From the human T2T-CHM13v2.0 reference genome, Homo sapiens: 64,000 bases of DNA. Numbering within the stretch: the first letter of the stretch is position 1; each line of letters starts with the position of its first letter. This document shows, in pieces, positions 13,000-24,955 of this stretch. The DNA is taken from NCBI RefSeq assembly GCF_009914755.1, contig NC_060933.1. One strand, written 5' to 3'. Both the position numbers and the translations under genes were made by a program. Below the pieces are notes generated by a model, which was not told the origin of the DNA, searched no databases, and was given only the letters and a program-made list of their open reading frames with translations.

Positions 13000-13920
13000 T
13001 CCTTCTTTCCCTCCCACCTGTCCCCTCAGTCCCAACCCCAAGCATCGCTGAGTCTTTCTAATCTTCCTTTTCTACAGACCCATCTGACTTCTCCCCTCCT
13101 CGCCAGGCCGAGCTAAGTCCCAATTCTTCCTCAGCCTCTGCTCCTCCACCCTACAATCCTTTTATCACCTCCCCTCCTGAAACCTGGTCCGGCTTACAGT
13201 TTCCTTCCGTGACTATCCCTCCCCCACCTGCCCAGCAATTTCCTCTTAAAAAGGTGGCTGGAGCTAGAGGCATAGTCAAGGTTAATGCTCCTTTTTCTTT
13301 ATCCCAAATCAGATAGCGTTTAGGCTCTTTTTCATCAAATATAAAAACCCAGCCCAGTTCATGGATCGTTTGGCAGCAACCCTGAGATGCTTTACAGCCC
13401 TAGGCCCTAAAAGGTCAAAAGGCCGTCTTATTCTTAATATATATTTTATTACCCAATCTGCTCCCGACATTAAATAAAACTCCAAAAATTAAATTCCGGC
13501 CCTCAAATCCCACAACAGGACTTAATTAACCTCACCTTCAAGGTGTACAATAATAGAGTAGAGGCAGCCAAGTAGCAATGTATTTCTGAGTTGCAATTCC
13601 TTACCTCCACTGTGAGACAAACCCCAGCCACATCTCCAGCACACAAGAACTCCAAATGCCCAAACCGCAGCTGCAAGGGGTTCCTCCAGAACCTCCACCC
13701 TCAAGAGCTTGCTATAAGTGTGAGAAATCTGGCCAATTGGCCAAGGAATGCCCACAGCCCGGGATTCCTCCTAAGCCGCGTCCCATCTGTGCAGGAACCC
13801 ACTGAAAATCAGACTGTTCAACTCACCTGGCAGCCGCTCCCAGAACCCCTGGAACTCTGGCCCAAGGCTCTCTGACTGACTCCTTCCCAGATCTTCTCAG
13901 CTTAGCAGCTGAAGACTGAC
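13000..13920 (+). pseudogene. gag: HERV-H gag remnant
   Basis: Nucleocapsid knuckle remnant C-Y-K-C-E-K-S-G-Q-L-A-K-E-C at 13710-13751, plus a second knuckle broken by TGA. Multiple stops; start boundary approximate. Confidence 0.75.
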
Positions 13921-13949
13921 ACTGCCCGATTGCCTCGGAAGCCTACAGG

Positions 13950-16700
13950 ACCATCACAGACGCTCTAGGTAACTCTCACAGTGGAAGGTAAGTCTGTCCC
14001 CTTCTAAATCAATACCGAGGCTACCCACTCCATATTACCTTCTTTTCAAGGGCCTGTTTCCCTTGCCTCCATAACTGTTGTGGGTATTGACGGCCAGGCT
14101 TCTAAACCTCTTAAAAACTCCCCAACTCTGGTGCCAACTTAGAAGACACTCTTTTTGCACTCTTTTTTAATTATCCCCACCTGCCCAGTTCCCTTATTAG
14201 GCCGAGACACTTTAACTAAATTATCTGCTTCCCTGACTACTCCTGGGCTACAGCCACACCTCATTGCCACCTTTTCCCCCAGTTCAAAGCCTCCTTCACA
14301 TCCTCCCCTTGTATCTCCCCACCTTAACCCACAAGTATATGACCCTCTACTCCCTCCTTAGCGACCATCATGCACCCCTTACCATCCCATTAAAACCTAA
14401 TCACCCTTACCCTGCTCAATGCCAATATCCCATCCCACAGCATGCTTTAAAAGGATTAAAGCCTGTTACCACTCGTGTGCTACAGCATGGCCTTTTAAAG
14501 CCTGTAAACTCCCCTTACAATTCCATTTCACCTGTCCTAAAACCAGACAAGCCTTACAGGTTAGTTCAGGATCTGCGCCTTATCAACCAAACTGTTTTGC
14601 CTATCCACCCCGTGGTGCCAAACGCATATACTCTCCTATCCTCAATACCTCTCTCTACAACCCATTATTCTGTTCTGGATTTCAGACATGCTTTCTTTAC
14701 TATTCCTTTGCACCCTTCATCCCAGCCTCTCTTCGCTTTCACTTGGACTGACCCTGACACCCATTAGGCTCAGCAGATTACCTGAGCTGTACTGCCGCAA
14801 GGCTTCACAGACAGCCCCCTTTACTTCAGTCAAGCCCAAATTTCTTCCTCATCAGTTTCCTATCTCAGCATAATTCTCATAAAAACACACATGCTCTCCC
14901 TGCTGATCATGTCCGAGTAATCTCCCAAACCTCAATCCCTTATAAAACAACAACTCCTTTCCTTCCTAGGCATGGTTAGCGCAGTCAGAATTCTTTCACA
15001 AGAGCCGGGACCGCACCCTGTAGCCTTTCTGTCCAAACAACTTTGACCTTACTGTTTTAGCCTAGCCCTCATGTCTGTGTGCAGTGGCTGCCGCTGCTTT
15101 AATAATTTTAGAGGCCCTAAAAATCACAAACTGTGCTCAACTCACTCTACATTTCTCATAACTTCCAAAATCTCTTCTCTTCCTCATACCTGACACGTAT
15201 ACTTTCTGCTCCCCGGCTCCTTCAGCTGTACTCACTCTTTGTTGAGTCTCCCACAATTACCATTGTTCCTGGCACGGACTTCAATCTGGTCTCCCACATT
15301 ATTCTGGATACCACACCTGACCCTCATGATTGTATCTCTCTGATCCACCTGACATTCACCTCATTTCCCCATATTTCCTTCTTTCCTTTTTCTCACCCTG
15401 ATCACATTTAGTTTATTGGTGGCAGTTCCACCAGGCCTAATCGCCACTCACCAGCAAAGGCAGGCTATGCTATAGTATCTTCCACATCTATCATTGAGGC
15501 TACCGCTTTGCCCCCCTCCACTACCTCTCAGCAAGCCAAATTAGTTGCCTTAACTCAAGTCCTCACTCTTGAAAAAGGACTACGCGTCAATATTTACACT
15601 GACTCTAAATATGCCTTTCATATTCTGCACCATCATGCTGTTATATAGGCTGAAGGAGGTTTCCTCACTACGCAAGGGTCCTCCATCATTAATGCCTCTT
15701 TAATAAAAACTCTGCTCAAGGCGGCTTTACTTCCAAAGGAAGCTGCAGTCATTCACTGCAAAGGCCATCAAAAGGCGTCAGATCCCATTGCTCTAGGCAA
15801 CGATTATGCTGATAAGGTGGCTAGACAAGCAGCTAGATTTCCAACTTCTGTCCTTCACGGCCAGTTTTCCTCCTTCGTATCAGTCACTCCCACCTACTCC
15901 CCCGCTGAAACTTCCACCTATCAATCTCTTTTCCACACAAGGCAAATGGTTCTTAGACCAAGGAAAATATCTCCTTCCAGCCTCACAGGCCCGTTCTATT
16001 CTGGTGTCATTTCATAACCTCTCATGTAGGTTACAAGCCGCTAGCCTGTCTCTTAGAACCTCTCATTTCCTTTCCATCCTGGAAATCTATCCTCAAGGAA
16101 ATTACTTCTCAGTGTTCCATCTGCTATTCTACTACCCCTCAGGGATTGTTCAGGCCTCCTCCCTTTCCTACACATCAAGCTCAGGGATTTGTCCCTGCCC
16201 AGGACTAGCAAATTGACTTTACTCACATGCCCTGAGTCGGAAAACTAAAATACCTCTTAGTCTAGGTAGACACTTTCACTGGGTGGGTAGAGGCCTTTCC
16301 CACAGGGTCTGAGAAGGCCATCGCTGTCATTTCTTCCCTTCTGTCAGACATAATTCCTCGGTTTGGCCTTCCCACCTCTATACAGTCCGATAGCAGACTG
16401 GCCTTTATTAGTCAAATCAGCCAAGCATTTTTTCAGGCTCTTGGTATTCAGTGAAACCTTTATATCCCTTACGGTCCTCAGTCTTCAGGAAAGGTAGAAC
16501 GGACTAATAGTCTTTTAAAAACACACCTCACCAAGCTCAGCCACCAACTTAAAAAGGACTGGACAATACTTTTACCACTTTGCCTTCTCAGAATTCAGGC
16601 CTGTCCTCGGAATGCTACAAGGTACAGCCCATTTGAGCTCCTGTATAGACGCTCCTTTTTATTTGGCCCCAGTCTCATTCCAGGCACCAGGCCAACTTAG
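13950..16700 (+). pseudogene. pol: HERV-H pro-pol remnant (PR, RT, RNase H, IN), frameshifted and internally deleted
   Basis: PR NTEAT (degenerate DTGA) at 14011 just after an in-frame TAA. RT YRLVQDLRLIN, DFRHAFFTIPL, FAFTWTDP (ORF 14264-14767) and LPQGFTDSP; no YxDD seen. RNase H NIYTDSKYAF at ~15589. IN QIDFTHMP at ~16209 and PQSSGKVER at ~16476. Confidence 0.9.
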
Positions 16701-17281
16701 ACTGTGCCCCAAAAAACTTGTCATCCCTACTATCTTCTGTCTAGTCATACACCTATTCACCGTTTTCAACTACTCATACATGCCCTGCTCTTGTTTACAC
16801 TGCCAGTTTACACTGTTCCTCCAAGCCATCACAGCTGATATCCCCTGGTGCTATCCGCAAACTGCCACTCTTAACTCTTAAAGTAAATAAATAATCTTTG
16901 CTGGCAGGACTATGCTGAATCTCCTTGGCACTCTCTAATTAAATGTCCTAGGTCCTCCCAATTCTTAGACCTTTAATACCTGGTTTTCTCCTTCTCTTAT
17001 TCCATTTTTCAATTCATACAAAACCGTATCCAGGCCATCACCAATAATTCTAAATGACAAATGTTTCTTCTAACAACCCCACAATATCACCCCTTACCAC
17101 AAAATCTTCCTTCAGCTTAATCTCTCCCACTCTAGGTTCCCACGCCACCTCTAATCCCGCTGGAAGTAGCCCTGAGAAACATCGCCCATTATCTCTCCAT
17201 ACCACCCCTAAAAATTTTCACTGTCCCAACACTTTACCACAATTTCATTTTATTTTTCTTATTAATATAAGAAGTCAGGAA

Positions 17282-17736
17282 TGTCAGGCCTCTGAGCCCA
17301 AGCTAAGCCATCATATCCCCTGTGACCTGCAGGTACACATCCAGATGGCCAGTTCCTGCCTTAACTGATGACATTCCACCACAAAACAAGTGAAAATGGC
17401 CTGTTCCTGCCTTAACTGATGACATTCCACCACAAAACAAGTGAAAATGGCCTGTTCCTGCCTTAACTGATGACATTATCTGGTGAAATTCCGTCTCCTG
17501 GCTCATCCTGGCTCAAAAGCTCCCCTACTGACCACCTTGTGACCCCCACCCCTGCCTGCCAGAGAATAACCCCCCTTTTTCCTTTACCTACCCAAATCCT
17601 ATAAAACAGCCCCACCCCTATCTCCCCTCACTGACTCTCTTTTTGGACTCAGCCCACCTGCACCCAGGTGAAATAAACAGCCTTGCTGCTCACACAAAGC
17701 CTGTTGGGTGGTCTCTTCACACGGACGTGCATGAAA
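17282..17736 (+). promoter_or_regulatory. HERV-H 3' LTR (LTR7 family), 455 bp
   Basis: Colinear with the 5' LTR apart from one extra 51-bp U3 repeat unit. Confidence 0.95.
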
Positions 17737-17939
17737 ACTTTGAAGCAGGCATTTTGCTGTATTATCTCAATAACATTTTTATAACATGTTGAGGTAGATC
17801 TTACGTTCATTTTACAAATGAGAATACTAAGATGTGGAGAGCTTAACCAATTTAAGCCTGAAGTTACAATTTAATAGCAGGAAGGTGGACAAACGTTTTT
17901 TCCGTTCTCCAATTCCTACTGCCTCCTAAACATGTTTTA

Positions 17940-18281
17940 CAGACATGGGCCTCTTAACAATGGGACATGCCCTGAGAAATGCATCACTAGGCAATTTCTT
18001 TGTTATGTGAACATTACAGTGTACCTACACAAACTTAGAAGGTATAGCTTACTACATACCTAGGCTATATGGTAGAGCCTATTCCTACTAGGCTACAAAT
18101 TTGGAAACATGTCATTCTACTGAATACTGCCGGCAATTACAACGCAATGGTAGTTGTGTATTTAAACGTGTCTACACATAGAAAAGCTACAATAAAAATA
18201 ACAGTATTATAATCTTACGGGACCATCATCATATAAGCAGCGCATTCCTGACTGAAATGTTGGTTAGGCAGTACATCACTG
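17940..18281 (-). mobile_element. Tigger3a/MER7-like DNA transposon
   Basis: TA-CAGACATG...GTATTATAATCTTACGGGACCATC...CAGTACATCACTG-TA. About 340 bp with TIRs and TA duplication. Confidence 0.8.
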
Positions 18282-18488
18282 TATTTCTTTCATTCTTAGA
18301 AAATGAAGTGAAGGGGAATATAATTTATTTTCATATACCTACCTCTTCTCAACAAGTTCCTTATATTTTTTGGCCATAGGGGAAGATTCTAATATTCACA
18401 TCTGAATATCAATTACCTTTAAGCAAAATATAGTGTCTTCATAACCCAGAACTTGAAAAATCACAAAACTTGTTTTCCTGGTACATTG

Positions 18489-18903
18489 TGTCAGGCCTCT
18501 GAGCCCAAGCTAAGCCATCATGTCCCCTGTGACCCACATGTACACATCCAGATGGCTGGTTCTTTCCTTAACTGACGACATTCCACCACACAACAAGTGA
18601 AAAATGGCCTGTTCCTGCCTTAACTGATGACATTATCTTGTGAAATTCCTTCTCCTGGCTCATCCTGGCTCAAAAGCTCCCCTGCTGAGCACCTCGTGAC
18701 CCCCCCACTCCTGCCTGCCAGAGAACAACCCCCCTTTGACTGTAATTTTCCTTTACCTACCCAAAACTTATAAAACGGCCCCACCCCTATCTCCCTTCAC
18801 TGACTCTTTTCGGACTCAGCCCGCCTGCACCCAGGTGAAATAAACAGCCTTGTTGCTCACAAAAAGCCTGTTTGGTGGTCTCTTCACACGGACACGACTG
18901 AAA
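18489..18903 (+). mobile_element. Solo LTR7 (HERV-H), 415 bp
   Basis: TGTCAGGCCTCTGAG...GACTGAAA with its own TSD CATTG (18484-18488 and 18904-18908). No PBS follows. Confidence 0.95.
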
Positions 18904-18925
18904 CATTGTTTTGTAATATATAATA

Positions 18926-19510
18926 TTTAATACTTTTGGACTATGCCATAACTAGTATATTTTATTCCCTTGACAATTCTATTCATGATTTTTTCCCCTG
19001 AAATGTTTTCCATCATTGAAACACTCTTGGACCTATGATTTTTTTATCAGGCACAATGGTATCCTCTTCATTACTTAGTTGGCAAAAGTGTTATTAACGA
19101 AGCGCAATAAAAGTAATTTTAGGACATTTATTGCTAAACTAGTCACTTTTTTGTGCCATTGAAATAACAACTGAGACTTAAATTACTTTGTTAGGGGAAC
19201 TTTTGATATACAAGTAATTTATAATTTCTTAAAAGTCCTTAGTCAAAATAAGGCAAATTATCTACGTACTAATTAAGCTAATTGAACATTAAAGATTAAA
19301 ATAACTTTTAGACTACCTAATCTTTAGATTATTTTAAAAGATCACTGTTACATGAAGCTAAAAGAACATGATAGTTTACTAAGGACAACTAAAACCAGAT
19401 TTAAATTAGTATATTCATAAAGGTATCTTTTTAAAAATATAAAAATGTAACACACTTCAAATAATACTCGCCGCAACCTTTCAGATAATTTTTAATGCAC
19501 CAGATTTATT
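18926..19510 (-). terminator. Cluster of candidate poly(A) signals for TUSC1
   Basis: Minus-strand AATAAA at 19505-19510, 19127-19132 and 18961-18966; ATTAAA at 19491-19496 and 18926-18931. Which are used cannot be read from sequence. Confidence 0.55.
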
Positions 19511-20029
19511 TACCATTTCAAAAGATCACGATATAGGCAGATACCTTAAAAATTCTCTGGGGGCAAACAAATCAGTATATATTAGATGTACAGGGACTGC
19601 AGCCAAGACAGGCATGAGTTCCTAGGTTATAAATATCATCTTTATAAAAAGTGGGTATTTTATAGGACATCCAAGTAACACCGACTTATAAAAGCAAACA
19701 CTGTACTTAAAATGTTGGCCACATATGAAAGAATAGCTGAAGGCTTTAGGGGATTGAAGAATGGATAAACTCAACCAACTAAAAACACATTACTCATCCC
19801 TCAGAACCAAAATACAGGAAAAAAAAAAATACAACAGGTTCGCACAACATCCAGAAAAGTTCAGGGAATATGAAGTGTTTCTTGGCACCCAGTTCTCGCT
19901 GTTTTAAAATCCGTCCCTTCGTTGTTGGCTAGGCCTCTCTCCAGGGAAACTAGCCGGGGCAAGAGGCAGGGGAACTGTACATGTGGGAGGTCCTGAGGGC
20001 CCTTGCACCCACTCGACCTCCACCAAGCG

Positions 20030-21210
<1,181 letters not shown>

Positions 21211-22037
21211 ACCACCAGTGGTTACTTTGCTCTTTACACGGCATTCTCAAAACTAATGATAATAGAATGATCGGTTCTGAGACAAAGCTATGGGGCAAGT
21301 TGAAAAGCTCTAAGTGCTTCATTTAAAACCCAGTGGTTTAACCCACCCCTATGTTTAATAAAACATTAAACAGAATTGGGCTGAGTACCTGTCATGGGGT
21401 TTCCCGGTGGAAACACCTGGCTCTCCAAAGAATGCAGTCAATTCCCAATTTGTGAACAGCCAGGAATTCACTCTGTAAATTGTTCAGAACGCTATAGAAA
21501 CTAGGTCATACTTAGTTGATTTGTTCAGGCCAACCCCCAAAAGCTATGAAACAAGAAGTGCTCTGTTTATTGAAGAAACTGAATACTTAGTTCCAAAGTT
21601 TCTGGGATCAAGGATGTACATCTCATTGAATGAATCATTCCTTCTTGTAGGGTCTCAACCTACATAGTAACTGGATGATTGCAAAGTAATTTAAGGATTA
21701 GGTACTGACGCCAGAATCTCTTAAGCAAGTATGCCCTAGCAAGAATCTACATGTCTAACAGGGTCCCAGAGAATTCTCAGGATAACCAAAATTTCCAAAC
21801 CACTGGAGCAAGTAACGAACAAGAAAAACATATAAGTACATACATGGGGTCTTCATTGACAAGTACAAATAAGGGGAAAATATTTGCTCAATTTTTTTGT
21901 ACTTTTATTTTGTTAGGCAAGATCTTAAGAGACCACAACACCAAATGTGTTCTCAATTATCTCATTTTATCACATGAAAGATATAATTTTGGAATTTCAA
22001 AAAATATAACTTTAGTTTTAAGAAGGACCACATTCCA

Positions 22038-22568
<531 letters not shown>

Positions 22569-23442
22569 GGAAGGGGGAAGGGATGAAGAGAGGGAGAAAG
22601 GGAAGTTTGGAAGAAAAGGAAAGAAAAAAATGTGGAAAAAATCGATCCAACAAAAAGGTATTAAGACTCATAAAGACTGTCTTATGTAGCAGTGAACATT
22701 TGTCTTATGATTTGTTAATGGAGAGTCCACCAATCTTTCAAATACGACATAGAGACAATGTCATTTCTAAGTTGAAAGTGGAGTTGAGACAACAGAGTGA
22801 TTAAAATGATTAGTACTAAAAGTATATACTTGTATTTATTTTAATTTACCTAGAATAATATGTCAAGAATCATATACTCGAAGATGAAAATTACAGCTTT
22901 TCTGAGGATGGTAGCACAAAGAGTAAAAATGCTTCTCCACACTGTAGTTTGTTAATGGTCTACATATAAAAATATTACTGGGCAAATAATATGTACCTAT
23001 ATATGAAAATAAAATGGAAAAAATTTGGAAAATATACGGAACTGATCAAATTTAAAAGAAATGCAAGACTACAATAATACTTAAAAGAAAACATATAGAA
23101 TAAGTATATAAGTGCTTGATTAGAAAAATAAAAGGTAGATAGATACCTGTGCTGCTTTTTAAGACTGGGGGCTTCTGAACAGTAAAATTGCTTGCTTGCT
23201 AAATAGAAGAAAGTCTTAAAGGACATAGGTCACTCTTTTCTGACAACTGGTTCATCATTGTTCCTTAAGCTACTCTTGCTCAAGAAAAAGAATTCTGCTA
23301 TAAAAAGAATTCTGTTTAAACAGTTTTAAAACTAAAAAGAAAAGGACTACTTGCACTTTGCATTTAGGAAACTCTAAGACCAAAGATTATTTCCTGACTA
23401 AGGTTACGAAGTTTGAAGTAAAAGAACAGAAAAATGCAAGTA

Positions 23443-24088
23443 CAGCAGTCCCTCTTATTTGTAGGGATACATTCCAAGATCCTCAGTGAATGCCTGAAAC
23501 CTTGGATGGTAATGAACCCTGTATACACATACAGTCTTCCTTCTGTATTGGTGGGTTCCACACTGGTAGACAATCAACCACAGATCAAAAATATTTTTAA
23601 ATAAAAATACAATTAAAAAAACAAAAATACAGTGTAACAACTATTTACATAGAATTTACAGGGCTTTGGTTAGTAATCTAGAGAGGATTTAAAGTATATG
23701 GGAGGATGTGTGTAGGTTGTATGCAAATACTATGACATTTTATATAAGGTCCTTGAGCATATTATCAAGAGTCCTGGATCCAATCCCCCAAGGATGCTGA
23801 GGGACAATTGTACCATGTTTTTTTTCCAGTTGATAACTGACATAGCCGCTGAGTGACCGATGGGTGAGTAGGGTCAACAGCATAGATGCAGTGGACAAAG
23901 ATGATTCACATTCCTATCAGGATGGAAATGGTGAGAGACTTCATTACATTACTCAGAATAGTGCACACTTTAAAACTTACGAAATGTTTTTCTTTCCTGG
24001 GACTTTCCATTTAATATTTTTGGCCAGGGATGACTGCAAGTAACTTGAACCGTGGAAAGAGAAACCTCAGATAAGGGGGAGACTACTG
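23443..24088. mobile_element. MER44-like (Tigger) DNA transposon carrying a nested MER2
   Basis: TIRs CAGCAGTCCCTCTTAT...ATAAGGGGGAGACTACTG. Confidence 0.75.
23532..23810 (-). mobile_element. MER2 (Tigger) nested insertion
   Basis: TA-CAGTC...GATGCTGAGGGACAATTG-TA. Reverse complement matches the element at 3818-4154. Confidence 0.8.
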
Positions 24089-24955
24089 TTAAGTAATTTG
24101 GAATGCTTAGTTTTTCTATTTCCCCAAAACAACCCTTTTTTTCTTTTTGAAAAGGGACATTTTTGTAAGTATTTAGTCTCCATGCCTTCTAACACAAAAC
24201 CAATGCCCTTCTCTAATTATCTGACAACTTAAGTATCTTATTCTAAAATTGATCTGCCTCCTATCTTAGGTAAAATAAAAAATAAAAACATAAGTTTACA
24301 ATCATCATGCTTCTTAAAATAATGCCTCAAACCAACATTTTTGAGAATACGGCTGTTAAAAAAAGCTGCCAGCAAATTGGAGCCGGGACTGTTTTCTGCC
24401 TTGCACTTCATGCAGATATTTAGTATTTCTTACAACCATCTTTGAATAATAGCTGTTGAATTTATTGCCCCTTCCTTGTATCCCTCAAACAAGTTGTTCT
24501 TTCCAGATACTGTAGCTGTTACATATTTCTAGATGTTGGCTTAAGAGGACCTATAGGTTGTTTCTTGTCTTCTTAGTTGATTTCTAATATTTTATTATCA
24601 TGTTCATTTAACTCTCGTTTGCCCATTTTGAATCATATTTCTTATAAAGTAAGTCAAACGTTAAGGTAATCTGTGGCACATTTCACACTGAACACGTCAT
24701 CTCACATTCAATTTCTCTTTGTTGCTTTTCTCTTTATAACATTCTATAATATTGCACCAAATGAATTCTGGAAAACAAGTTTGATCAAGTTCAATAAATA
24801 ACAGTGTTATACTCAGTAGTCTGGCATTTAGGGCTATACACAATGTGGATGACCTGAGTATCTCTGTGCTTACCTTCCATTACTTTCCTGCTGGTCTGTT
24901 CACTCTCCTACCAAGAGTCCTCACATTCTTTTGTCTAGGAGTTTGGTTGTAATGT

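Larger units (their letters stand above)
11446..17736 (+). mobile_element. HERV-H provirus, 6.3 kb, env-deleted, with degenerate gag-pro-pol
   Basis: Paired LTRs beginning TGTCAGGCCTCTGAGCCCAAG and ending CATGAAA. TSD ACTTT at 11441-11445 and 17737-17741. His PBS, purine tract AAGAAGTCAGGAA before the 3' LTR, and retroviral motifs listed in the pseudogene features. Confidence 0.97.

Noticed and set aside
14264-14767. Functional reverse transcriptase
   Set aside because: Fragment only: it stops before LPQG, no YxDD is visible, the protease active site is degenerate, and RNase H and integrase contain stops.
17303-17506. Repeat protein (MSSVKAGTGHFHLFCGG repeats)
   Set aside because: Antisense translation of the 51-bp LTR U3 repeat.
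19819-19829. Poly(A) remnant marking TUSC1 as a recent retrocopy
   Set aside because: The A run is on the plus strand, so it is poly-U in the mRNA. No flanking TSD was seen. An ancient retro-origin cannot be judged from this window.
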